From the IMG/VR virus record IMGVR_UViG_3300042946_001372: a DNA stretch of 64,000 bases. One strand, written 5' to 3'. The stretch is from an uncultured virus (IMG/VR IMGVR_UViG_3300042946_001372) (lineage: Duplodnaviria > Heunggongvirae > Uroviricota > Caudoviricetes). A program made the position numbers and the translations under genes. Of this stretch, positions 30,101-39,326 are shown one piece after another. The notes beneath the pieces were generated by a model that worked only from the letters and a program-made list of their open reading frames with translations, did no database searches and was not told the DNA's origin. Positions within the stretch are counted from its first letter, which is position 1, and each line of letters starts with the position of its first letter.

Positions 30101-33100
30101 TCTCGCAGAACCATTATACATAGCTTTGTTATCTACCAAATCTGTTGTTGTTACTGGATTACTAGTTTGATTGGTAACTAACTCATAATTGGTTTGGTTC
30201 ATATTAGCACCAAATGACGGAAGGATATAATACTCTGTACCAAGCTCAACTTCATCACTTGCCGGTACACAAAGATTTATAGTACTATAAGCATCAACTA
30301 AAGTGTTTGGTAAAAGTGCAGACCACGTGCTAACGTTCACATCTTTGTTGTTTTGCTCTGCCGAGAATTCTGAATTCGGAAATTGATATAACCTTAGTCC
30401 ATCAGATACCGCAGATTGTATTTCATCATTAGAATAATTTTGAAACAAATCCCTACCATTATAAAAATAGGCAAAATCATTCATAAGCTTGGGATAGAAA
30501 CCTGTCTGTATCTCGAGTAGATTTTGATTTTGTTTCTCTAAACTAACTTTATATTTGGTCGGATTAGTTATTGGGAATTGAAATTCGTATGTTGTAGTTT
30601 TAGCACTAAAAACCGGGTCGAAATTGCCTAAATAATCGAAATTGTTCCATATACCATCTAAAATATCTCTATTCGTTTCTACATATGTTTTGTACCTATA
30701 CCATATTGAACCCATCTTCAATATCCAAGCATAAGGTACTTTGTGAACGGCACCGAATTTATTGAAACATGAAGCCATATAATCCAACTCATTATTTATT
30801 CCCAAACTTTTATATCTCTCTCTCAGACTTATGAGTGGAAGAGAATTTATGAATAAGTAAGCGGCTTGTATGTAAGGGTTCCTATTTCTGTTTTTTTCTA
30901 ATCTAACACCATTTTGTATCGCATTTATAAAAAATGGTGTGTTCAATATTGATGTTGTTTGTGTTTTACCTAAGTAGTTACTAGATGGCGTTTGAACAAA
31001 ACCCTCTGTTGGCACCATACGTGTAGTATTGTTCAAACTCCCGTTGTAATACAAATTCATAGTTTGTGTACTTACATTAGGTTGAGTTGATAGACTTTCA
31101 ACAACAATACTCGGAGTTGGTGTGGTTCTGTAACCAAAATTGGTAACAGGTCTTTTGTTTATGTAATCATACAAATCTGTAAAGTTTGAAACCATATTTC
31201 TGTCCGCAAATACTGTTATAACATTTTTTGTATCGAAAACATTATTGAGTGTTGCTCTAGAACTTTGAGACATGTTAGTTTGAACCCAACCACTTGAAGT
31301 GAATGGGTATGTATCTATTATTTTAAAATCATTACTAGCGTTTTTAGTCAAATCTACCAAAGGTTTTAAATCCGCACTTTGGAGAGGTTCCAACCCTAAC
31401 TCTGTTGTTTTTAAAATAGAAAAAGGGTTGTCAGTCAGTTCTTTGAGATATGATGTGACAAAGAATCCACGTTCGTAATTATAGTAAGAAGGTCCTGTTC
31501 CATTGTTTGAAATTTGTTTCAAGAAAGTGGGGTAGTTCTGCGAATTCAAATTAGTATTTTTTAATTTGAATGTAATACTCGGACTATTGACACCGAGACT
31601 TTCTATGATGTTGTTAGTTTCTACACTTGTATTCAAAGTTATGAATGGTGTAACTTGATTTGGTAAGGCCCTACTAAAATTCGAATAGTTTGCAGTTACA
31701 TATTCTCTTTCCCATATTTCGTAAAAATATCTGACTTCCTGTTTGTTTGAATAAATGACATTTGAAGTTGGATATTCTATTGCATTTATTTGAATGGCAA
31801 ATGTTGTAAGTTGACTTTCGATAGGGGTCTGTGTAGAAGGAACATTGTCTTTCATAATCAAACCCTTTATATACTCCTCAACGAATTCAACTTCAGGCCA
31901 CTTGGAAAAGTCAGAGGCTTGGGTGATTTTGACCACTGATGGTGCTCCAAGATATTGTAACTGATATCTGCCTTTTTTATCATCAGGACTTTCAACAAAA
32001 AACTGAGGCCAAGGATAAACAGGTGTCTGTCCATTTACTATACCTTGATTTTCTCCTGCCGCCTGACTAGTAATTTGAACAACAGTCTGAGCCTCAGTGT
32101 TTCTTGCTGATGATTTGTTGTTATGAATTGCTAAGGACCTAACAGGGTCATATTTCACACTCCAAGCTTTGGTATGACAATCATCTAATAATCTAATGAA
32201 ACCTTCAGTGTTTGCCATTATTACAGCACACATGTTTCTAACCGTTGGATTAAATCCGATACCTGTCGATTTGTCTTGAATCAGTATTTTTAATTCCTCA
32301 GTAATCGCAGTTTCATAAGCTTTGAGTTTTTTCAAGACTTCCTCTTCTATTTGATTCACTGTTTGTGTAAATCCACCCTGTTGGTCAAAATTGAAAAAGA
32401 TTGGGTCACTTTGTACGGTAGTGCCATTTATAACTGTCCCTTTCTTAGCCAACAAAATATCCAAATTATTTTTGGTTGTAGTTTTTTGAACGTCGCTCGC
32501 ACTTATTACATTAAAAAAAGATGCCGCAGTCGCATCTTTGTTTATTTGACTCAAATCAATAGTTACCTGAATTTGATTTGGCGTAAGTTTATCAATCTTT
32601 ATGTTTTCAGTGCTGTCAACACCCAAAGTTGGGTTTTTCCTCAACTCAGATAAGTTCCTATCAAAAATTGTGGAAAGGTTTTTGATTGCGGCTGTTTGTG
32701 AAGCTAAATTTGTTTGAAGCTCTTTTTTGAAAAAATAGACCCTATTATTGTTGTCTAAAATTATCGCTCTTGGGTCTAAATTAGTTAGGAACCAACTACT
32801 GCTTTGCGGACCAATCAAAGTCTCGACAAACGCTTTTAATGTTTTCAAATAGTTCCTTATGTTAGTTAGTGGCTCAACGTTGACCAAAGGATAAGAATTG
32901 ACGACGTTCCTTTCAAACATTTCAAGTTTGTTCATCAATTGTAATAGAGTCAATTCAGGAAAATCTTGGGGAATCAATCCCTTACTTTTATATTCACTGT
33001 AAACCTCTACAATTTTTTCATACCCCCTTTCGGTTACAAATTCAGCATAGACTGTATTTTCAGCGCGGGTGGCTGTAGTAATACCACCTTGTTGAGCTGA

Positions 33101-33943
33101 AGATGAGTTTTGTAAACTTTGATTGTTTGTCGCAGGGTTGGCAACAACAGGTTCCAAACTTGTAGCAAATCTTCTGTTATACATGTGAGGGGTTGCTAAA
33201 AGATGAGATATAAGAATCTCATTCAAGATGTTGAATTTGAATCCTTTGAATTCTAAAGTAATTGCATAATTTCCAGTTGAGGTATTGAATCTCGCATCAA
33301 ACTTTTCTAAGTAAAGTTGATACTTTATTGCTTGACCATAGTAACCTTTTAGTGTTAAATAAAATTGAGGGTATGGTAAAGTGAAGAATGCTGCATAAGG
33401 TGAGTTATCTCCTAATTGGAATAAAGCTTTCCCTTGGACATCTTCGAGTTGCATTGAGACTGATGGAATGAAACTTGTACCAAGTTTACATATGATAGAG
33501 GTGATTCCTAATAACCCATTATCTGTGACGTTTTGTTGGTCTAGTACTGTGTCTACGAAATAAGCTTTGTTACCACGTGTGACAGTCTTTTCTAATTTGG
33601 CGTTTGAAAACTGAGTAGTCAACGCATCCTTACCTGTCAACTCATCATAATAACCTGTACCTATGTAATTGTTTTTGGTGGGCTTCAGAAAATTGATTCT
33701 AGCAATAGTCATGCTAGTATTTACATTTTCGTTGGGTTGGACTCCGAGTGCAAGTTTTGTTCTCGGTAAAATTTGTGCCTCCAAATTGGCATACATTACC
33801 AAATTTTCGTGGTCTACAATTCTCTCACTTATTCTACCAGTATTGTCAATAGTTTTATTAGGGTCAATCAGGATAATATTATCATAATCGAACTCAGGTA
33901 AAATATGACCACTTAAATCTCCTTGAATATTACTACCTGCCAT
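27149..33943 (-). CDS. Giant baseplate hub protein (gp27/GpD-like fold with large insertion, C-terminal IPT/TIG-like domain)
   Basis: 2264 aa; C-terminal GNALIQPTMYFNL...NGPYLITDVSHTITPGDFTTNFTGVR hub signature; ends with FSPLTGTTGTVMSLSGTNL IPT-like domain; follows the LysM/gp53-like gene. Confidence 0.6.
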   Translation of the reverse strand: MAGSNIQGDLSGHILPEFDYDNIILIDPNKTIDNTGRISERIVDHENLVMYANLEAQILPRTKLALGVQPNENVNTSMTIARINFLKPTKNNYIGTGYYDELTGKDALTTQFSNAKLEKTVTRGNKAYFVDTVLDQQNVTDNGLLGITSIICKLGTSFIPSVSMQLEDVQGKALFQLGDNSPYAAFFTLPYPQFYLTLKGYYGQAIKYQLYLEKFDARFNTSTGNYAITLEFKGFKFNILNEILISHLLATPHMYNRRFATSLEPVVANPATNNQSLQNSSSAQQGGITTATRAENTVYAEFVTERGYEKIVEVYSEYKSKGLIPQDFPELTLLQLMNKLEMFERNVVNSYPLVNVEPLTNIRNYLKTLKAFVETLIGPQSSSWFLTNLDPRAIILDNNNRVYFFKKELQTNLASQTAAIKNLSTIFDRNLSELRKNPTLGVDSTENIKIDKLTPNQIQVTIDLSQINKDATAASFFNVISASDVQKTTTKNNLDILLAKKGTVINGTTVQSDPIFFNFDQQGGFTQTVNQIEEEVLKKLKAYETAITEELKILIQDKSTGIGFNPTVRNMCAVIMANTEGFIRLLDDCHTKAWSVKYDPVRSLAIHNNKSSARNTEAQTVVQITSQAAGENQGIVNGQTPVYPWPQFFVESPDDKKGRYQLQYLGAPSVVKITQASDFSKWPEVEFVEEYIKGLIMKDNVPSTQTPIESQLTTFAIQINAIEYPTSNVIYSNKQEVRYFYEIWEREYVTANYSNFSRALPNQVTPFITLNTSVETNNIIESLGVNSPSITFKLKNTNLNSQNYPTFLKQISNNGTGPSYYNYERGFFVTSYLKELTDNPFSILKTTELGLEPLQSADLKPLVDLTKNASNDFKIIDTYPFTSSGWVQTNMSQSSRATLNNVFDTKNVITVFADRNMVSNFTDLYDYINKRPVTNFGYRTTPTPSIVVESLSTQPNVSTQTMNLYYNGSLNNTTRMVPTEGFVQTPSSNYLGKTQTTSILNTPFFINAIQNGVRLEKNRNRNPYIQAAYLFINSLPLISLRERYKSLGINNELDYMASCFNKFGAVHKVPYAWILKMGSIWYRYKTYVETNRDILDGIWNNFDYLGNFDPVFSAKTTTYEFQFPITNPTKYKVSLEKQNQNLLEIQTGFYPKLMNDFAYFYNGRDLFQNYSNDEIQSAVSDGLRLYQFPNSEFSAEQNNKDVNVSTWSALLPNTLVDAYSTINLCVPASDEVELGTEYYILPSFGANMNQTNYELVTNQTSNPVTTTDLVDNKAMYNGSARCLWAASNYGYFDANQVIKPDTDSYMNLIYSDGSTIVPFQLLSSNTYSTMEEIFGVFDKRALDLMEKEFLNYCAPITNVKYAPVRSEINKSAVQIDGISRNFQAFMREAMKLTPTLATRTSELFKEAITNQFNNFSSQIKSIMEYDVIIRNGNPSKFNRKVWESYISIGLPTPTVVEPITFQPYVTNTLPSVGGGITLQQSQNLNGPAWRALLTEVGFSSIAELTYTDNGSYITDFFINNNIEFSSRNVVLLAPIIKMYATQRLNNPNLLVTNFRDNLTAYINNNETFQNDLLNQVIISTQAKLPDVQEPQEQTIQSGLSGLQGKVEIYNVFKALNDKWVAGYDYSQRTLFEDILFLDRASRNIGETVVLDIFSIKNLINKNSLNEGMSVYTLLSSMLMQNNFVVMPLPAYCNFYNVQEVNGLQSPNTESTLDFADNMWGTFTNVDYRKSGPKIVCFYVGKPSDQLGVSVKLTGIGDDGFDLRNPTGNPLIENQLGKNDFDKSNKVVGFNVDIGIRNQNVFQTFSVSQDNGKATSESIAAVLMMADQTNTKNVGTQNASLYNFYKRRSYQCEVSAMGNALIQPTMYFNLRHVPMFNGPYLITDVSHTITPGDFTTNFTGVRQGIYDYPVEDNYLQKINQNLLTQLENLVIQKTDQNTTITTTNQGKETNLIQNSNNLSVDAQNACRANLSPQFDRLESTTGQLTKLTATDFSNSLKTYTGTAPNAELQTIVYVLSYIRTFSIAGDPKGEFVAYDNNFSNITLDKPIASSLTQDFVPNVYACIKTKTISGDKSLPAAKFNDVNTYLKFMTGLITPRISQITGGVFKEKIIEYYCTAFPAAQVTLEYYESNIDRFLGIYGSIVDQAIASAGRVGLRTDIGTAFNQGGGGQQTTIPACPPTVLSGFSPLTGTTGTVMSLSGTNLEYVRTITVGTTQVDFRTVQFISTNKIKFSIPQIVSTPPQQLQISVTTTGNAVPVTAPGVFTFI

Positions 33944-34256
33944 AATAATAAAAATATTGTTCTACAGCTGTTTTATAATCTTGAAGAGATGGTATCAATG
34001 GAAATGGTATAACCAAGATAGCACCATCATAGATGTAGTTTTCAAGTCCACCAAAAATTGGATTAGCCTGTAGAATCAACCATCCAAAAACAGGGGAACT
34101 ATAATATTGTTGTGAAATTCTATCCAATCTACTTTGACCTACCTTATAGATGTATGTTTGGTCTGTAGTTTTTGCAGGAATTGTCACATAAGGAACTATA
34201 GTTTGTTCTCCGTTGAATGTAAATTCATTATATCTGTTGTAATAAGGGTATGACAT
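33933..34256 (-). CDS. LysM-like baseplate protein (gp53 / tail X-like)
   Basis: YKVGQSRLDRISQQYYSSPVFGWLILQANP...LVIP. Confidence 0.75.
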   Translation of the reverse strand: MSYPYYNRYNEFTFNGEQTIVPYVTIPAKTTDQTYIYKVGQSRLDRISQQYYSSPVFGWLILQANPIFGGLENYIYDGAILVIPFPLIPSLQDYKTAVEQYFYYYGR

Positions 34257-37200
34257 TAGTTCAATTTAACTTTAGATATAAGAACGTCTCCACCTGGCGT
34301 TGTTGGTGTGTTCCATTTATTATCTGTGTTTTGGTTTGTTTTTGCCCCCAAAGATTTTATCAATACTTCTTGGTTAGGGTCAGGAGCACTTGATTTCGCG
34401 TAGTTAAACTCTCTTGGTTTTCCTAATGGGAACGGTGTAAAGTTTAAGAAGTTTTTCATCTGATTTGTCTCCATCTCATTTAGGAATGTTTGAGTAAGAG
34501 TATCCTCTTCGTCAAAAGCTGGTTTTACAATCGCTCTCCAATACGCATCAAACTCTTCAGAATATCTCATAGAAGCCCCTCTTGGTGCTAAAGATTGATT
34601 TTCAAGTAGATTTCCTATCATAGCGTTTTTAAAACTTTCATAAGCCTCTCCCTTTAAGTCGTTAGACAAAATCATATATTGTCTTTTGAAAGGATTTCCA
34701 CTAAACAACGGGTTCTTACTGAACGGAAAAAATACATCATTTATGATTGTACTTATTTCTGTACTATTCACTCTTACCAATATTCCTGTATAGCTATCAG
34801 AACCTACACTGAAATTTACGTCACTTGTCAATTTAGTATAGAAATCATTTAAACTTACTTTGATTAAATCTATATCTTGGTCAATTTCCTGATTTGTTGT
34901 TGTGGGAGGATTAGGATTTCCAGCATTCACAGGTCCTACCCCTGTTGTTCCCGACACCCAATAAATTACAACATTACCATTTGTCTCTTGGAATCCGTCA
35001 GTGTTATCCCACGATGTACCTGAGTATGGTACAATATTAGCTCTACTAATATATTGAAGATAAGCTTGTTGAGTGTTCACAACATCTTGTACAATTGTTG
35101 TTGCGGCATTTATAAAAGTACCTTGTTTAGCCCTAACAAAATCCAAATAATTTTGTTTCATTTGATTTTTAGCTGCTCTTGAGAAATCCTTGTCAGTATT
35201 ATTTATCCATTCAATCCACGGGTCTTGACCGGCATTTATTTGAGCAATCATGTCGGTAAAAACTTTATTTATATTTTTTTGTAGATTATCTGCCTTACCG
35301 TATAAATAAGTAATTGTGTTCGGGTCTGTATAAAAAGTTCCCTCCTGATACTTTCTTTCAATGCTCCATTGTTGTAACATGGCATTATTGTATTGAGAAA
35401 AAATAGATTTACTTTGATTGAACACAGAAGTAAAGTAAGTTTGTGTTGTTGACACAAAAGTATCCATAAAGCCTTTGTAACTTATTTTACCAGTTTCGTC
35501 AGTTGCCGTAATAACATTCGTTAGTCTATCTCCTATAGTAGTACTATTACTTAAAGCCGCTATATTCTGAATTTGATTTGTGGTAGGAGCGGTAGGTTGT
35601 GCAACACTTTGTAAAAATTCTTTATCTAACACTTTGAAAGAGTCGTCGGTTGGGTCGGCTCTATCGTCCCACATCTCAGTATTAGCGTAGTAATTGAATG
35701 TCAAAGCGTTTTGTAATTTATCGACCGCAGTTTTCAATCCTTGACCCCCAACAAAATTAAAATTCAAAGTGACGTTTGCAATCATAGGTTGGATACCTAT
35801 ACCCTCAGGATTTATATCCAAACCTTCAAAATTCAAACTTAAACTTGTTGGAATTATTTTAGTGTTATAAAAGTCACCTACTCTGAGTATCAAGACCGGT
35901 GGTGTTCCAAAAGCAGTATTTACAGCATTATTATACTCCAATTCATACGCACCCCCCGCAGTTGCCTTCACAGTCGGAATAGTATCCCCGGGTCTCATAC
36001 ATTGTTGTAAAAAGGTTAGTCTAGAATTCAAACCCTCAGGTGTTGTGGAATGGAATGATGGTTGAAAGAATTTCAATTTGTCTTTGAGATTATCATATAA
36101 CATCGGAGAGTCTTGTTTGATTGTTTCGAAATAGTCACATTCAGATATAAGAGCTCTCACAATTCTTTTTGAAATATTATCAGTCTTTCTAAACTTAGGC
36201 TCAACTGTTGTTGGTGGAGTTGGGGGGATTATACCAGTGGTCGGTTGAGTAGGTACAACATTTGGAGGTAATTGAGATGGTTCGGGTGCACTTACTGTTA
36301 TTGATTTGATTTTGACTCTTCTACAAGCCATAGCTGTGGAGTTAGTTATTGGTGCTCCCGCCAAACTATTATTGTTGTCATCGTTGTCAGTACAAGTTTC
36401 GAATTCAGTATTAGTTATAAATTGATTCGAACTAGCATCCCACTGAAAAACTTGCACTTTTTCGGCACCTTCTCCCTTTGGAACTTCTGTAAATGTAATT
36501 CTACCTGATTGTATGTACGAGTTTAGCAATTGGTCCGAAGCAAATAAATTTTTAACACTATCTATTCTTCTCTGTGAAAGTTCTAAATTGTATGTTTGTT
36601 TTGCCGCGGCTGACGCACTTCCCAATAATTCTATTACAACTTTAGATGAAGGGTTATTCTTCATCACTGTTTTGAGTTCATTGAAGAAATTTACTTGGAT
36701 GTGATTGTAATTCTGAGTTACAACATTGTTTATAAAAACTCCTTGCCCCGCGTAAGTGGTTGTACTTTGGTTGATATAATCTGTATAATATTGTGAATAA
36801 CTTCCAACCACAGGTGATACTGATGGAGGTGCTGGAATGTCATTGGGAAAATACAATGCAAAGTTTTGGAATTGTTTCAGTGTGTCTTGTGGTGTGTTCT
36901 GTGAAGGTTGTGTGATTGGTTGTGAACTACTTTGAGTATCTCTTGCCCCCGTAGCTAAAGTATTTTTAGCAACACTTACTTGTTCTTTACTCAGATTTTT
37001 TGACGCAATAGCTTGTTGAATATCTTGTAATTCATTTGGAGGAATTGTGTAATATCTTTTAGCCAGTTCATATAAATCGTATTTTTTACAACCAGCAAAG
37101 AATGATTCCAAAATTCCATTAATTCTTTCTTTATTACTTTCGTTATTCAAAACCTTATTCACAATAACATTCAGAACTGATGGATGGTCAACAACAATTT

Positions 37201-39265
37201 TCCATTGTAATGAACCACCTCTACTTGTATTTGTATAAGTGTAAATTGGTTCAGGTCTACCAAGAAAATCTTGTGTCTTCCAATTCGCATTTACAGTCTC
37301 ATTAAATGTCAACCCATAAGGTGGGAACCACATCACTCTTCCACCATTTGGACCTCTCTCACAAATTGGTAACTCATTCACATTTATACCAGGAGTATTT
37401 GATGTTCTCCATGCTAAATTTTCCAATGAGAACATATATTTCTTAGCAAAAGCAGTATTATTTGTTCCTATCAAGTTTGATGAAGCCTGACCTCCTTCTT
37501 GTTTGTTAGGTGCAATATTCAAATTATATGTTTTGTCGAATACAGAATAAGAAAATCTTCTACCTTCATTTACAACACCGTCTTGTTTTTGAAGGTCATT
37601 ATACTGAAGATATGGTATATCTTTAGCAAAAACTCTACAATACTCGGTTCCAACCTCATTACCTAAAGAACCGACATATCTTAAAACTCTTGAACCTTTA
37701 GTAAGTTCTTTATATCCATCGTTGAAAACTTTACTTACTTGGTCCATAGCATTACCAACATGTTGTAATCTTCTTCCACCCTGTGGTTGACTATTTATAA
37801 TCCTTTGGGTATCATCAAGTATTGAACCCTGTCTGAATTCTAAATTTACGGACTCAGTTGAATTGTATGATGATGGTTTAAAGTCTTCATCTAATTGTGT
37901 AACTTCTCCCCCAATTCCTACTTTTTTACCGGCATTCCCCCTATACTTTGGTGAGACCCAAGTAAATCCACCCTCGATACCACCACCATTTATATATGCA
38001 GGACCGTTGGCCCCAAGTTTGATTTCTCTACTAGGTCCTTCATAAAGTTGGGCCAATTCTTGAGGACCATAGACAGGAGCTTGAACTTCTTGTCCAAATT
38101 CGTTGTTGGGTAAATCTCCTGTCGGTGAAAAAACTCTTGACGGTTCTGAAGTTGGTGAACCAATGTAGTAATTAGAATTATTTACTGTAGTACCAAATAA
38201 AGCTCCCCCTACTCTGTCGAAAATATTCCTTTCATATCCAGGTTTGTACTTGTTATAATTTATACTCCCGAATAATCTCGATTTTTGTCCTCCCCCTGTA
38301 TTGTTCAAAAATATTTGAGAACCTGATTTAGGTGGCCCTAACAATTGTCCAAAGAAATTACCTACACTTGTATTAGACCTAGTAAAGGCCGCTTGTAATT
38401 GTTGTATGGTTGTGGGGAATCCTGAATTTATAGATGGGTCAAAATAAGAACCAGGAATCGGTGATGTTGGCAAAATACTTCCGGCTAATCTCAACGCGAA
38501 GTCTGTTGCTGCTAAAATAGGTCCTGAAGGTTGTGTGATTACCCAATTTGGTTCAATCAGGGGTACTCGTGTGGTTAGTAGATTGAATATATCTGTACCA
38601 CTATCTATGTTGAATAAATTTATTCTTCCTAAAGTTTGTTGTCTTATTTCAGTTGCAATCCTTTCTTCGAAAGACCTTCTAAGAGTAAATGCTCCCAATC
38701 TAGCGATATAGGAATCTTGTGTCAGTAAACCATTACTTCCCTGTGGGTCCCTTGTTAAAAGGATTTGAACGGGGTTATAAGATGATGGTACAAAAGTTGT
38801 TGGATAAGGTTGGTTATTATAAAGGTTTCTTGAACCACTTCTTATATAATCAGGTTCAGTTATGTATTCACCACTATCTAGAACTGTTTGAGAACCATTG
38901 GAATATGCGTTTTTAGGTTTCCACTGAAGTGATGCAGGCTGAGCTTGGTCTATTATATGAGCGTCTTGTTGACCTGGTCCGTATTCACCTTGGTTTGAAC
39001 GAGTATTATTCAATCCTCCAACATCCCCCACAATTCTATATCCACCTTCCGCACCAAACTGATTTAATGGATAAAGTCTGTTAGCTAAAATTGGAGAATC
39101 AATTAGTACGTCAGGACTATCGGTAACCGCTAATTGTGATTGTTGATATTCATAAGTTATTGGTGGATTCGGACGATTTGGGGACTTGGGATAAGGGGCA
39201 AGATTTCTTGTCATCAATCTCGACCTGAATCGTTCCGAATTATTATAATCTAATGGACTTGGCAC
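34256..39265 (-). CDS. Large tail-tube initiator-like (gp48/gp54-like) protein with inserted OmpA-C-like domain
   Basis: NETVNANWKTQDFLGRPEPIYTYTNTSRG and PPVLILRVGDFY halves flank GSASA...YNLELSQRRIDSV...CRRVKI; sits directly after the tape measure gene. Confidence 0.6.
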   Translation of the reverse strand: MPSPLDYNNSERFRSRLMTRNLAPYPKSPNRPNPPITYEYQQSQLAVTDSPDVLIDSPILANRLYPLNQFGAEGGYRIVGDVGGLNNTRSNQGEYGPGQQDAHIIDQAQPASLQWKPKNAYSNGSQTVLDSGEYITEPDYIRSGSRNLYNNQPYPTTFVPSSYNPVQILLTRDPQGSNGLLTQDSYIARLGAFTLRRSFEERIATEIRQQTLGRINLFNIDSGTDIFNLLTTRVPLIEPNWVITQPSGPILAATDFALRLAGSILPTSPIPGSYFDPSINSGFPTTIQQLQAAFTRSNTSVGNFFGQLLGPPKSGSQIFLNNTGGGQKSRLFGSINYNKYKPGYERNIFDRVGGALFGTTVNNSNYYIGSPTSEPSRVFSPTGDLPNNEFGQEVQAPVYGPQELAQLYEGPSREIKLGANGPAYINGGGIEGGFTWVSPKYRGNAGKKVGIGGEVTQLDEDFKPSSYNSTESVNLEFRQGSILDDTQRIINSQPQGGRRLQHVGNAMDQVSKVFNDGYKELTKGSRVLRYVGSLGNEVGTEYCRVFAKDIPYLQYNDLQKQDGVVNEGRRFSYSVFDKTYNLNIAPNKQEGGQASSNLIGTNNTAFAKKYMFSLENLAWRTSNTPGINVNELPICERGPNGGRVMWFPPYGLTFNETVNANWKTQDFLGRPEPIYTYTNTSRGGSLQWKIVVDHPSVLNVIVNKVLNNESNKERINGILESFFAGCKKYDLYELAKRYYTIPPNELQDIQQAIASKNLSKEQVSVAKNTLATGARDTQSSSQPITQPSQNTPQDTLKQFQNFALYFPNDIPAPPSVSPVVGSYSQYYTDYINQSTTTYAGQGVFINNVVTQNYNHIQVNFFNELKTVMKNNPSSKVVIELLGSASAAAKQTYNLELSQRRIDSVKNLFASDQLLNSYIQSGRITFTEVPKGEGAEKVQVFQWDASSNQFITNTEFETCTDNDDNNNSLAGAPITNSTAMACRRVKIKSITVSAPEPSQLPPNVVPTQPTTGIIPPTPPTTVEPKFRKTDNISKRIVRALISECDYFETIKQDSPMLYDNLKDKLKFFQPSFHSTTPEGLNSRLTFLQQCMRPGDTIPTVKATAGGAYELEYNNAVNTAFGTPPVLILRVGDFYNTKIIPTSLSLNFEGLDINPEGIGIQPMIANVTLNFNFVGGQGLKTAVDKLQNALTFNYYANTEMWDDRADPTDDSFKVLDKEFLQSVAQPTAPTTNQIQNIAALSNSTTIGDRLTNVITATDETGKISYKGFMDTFVSTTQTYFTSVFNQSKSIFSQYNNAMLQQWSIERKYQEGTFYTDPNTITYLYGKADNLQKNINKVFTDMIAQINAGQDPWIEWINNTDKDFSRAAKNQMKQNYLDFVRAKQGTFINAATTIVQDVVNTQQAYLQYISRANIVPYSGTSWDNTDGFQETNGNVVIYWVSGTTGVGPVNAGNPNPPTTTNQEIDQDIDLIKVSLNDFYTKLTSDVNFSVGSDSYTGILVRVNSTEISTIINDVFFPFSKNPLFSGNPFKRQYMILSNDLKGEAYESFKNAMIGNLLENQSLAPRGASMRYSEEFDAYWRAIVKPAFDEEDTLTQTFLNEMETNQMKNFLNFTPFPLGKPREFNYAKSSAPDPNQEVLIKSLGAKTNQNTDNKWNTPTTPGGDVLISKVKLN

Positions 39266-39326
39266 TTGATACTTCTATTTAATCAATAAATAGGTAAACA
39301 TTATTTTTTTTAAAACTAAATCACAA

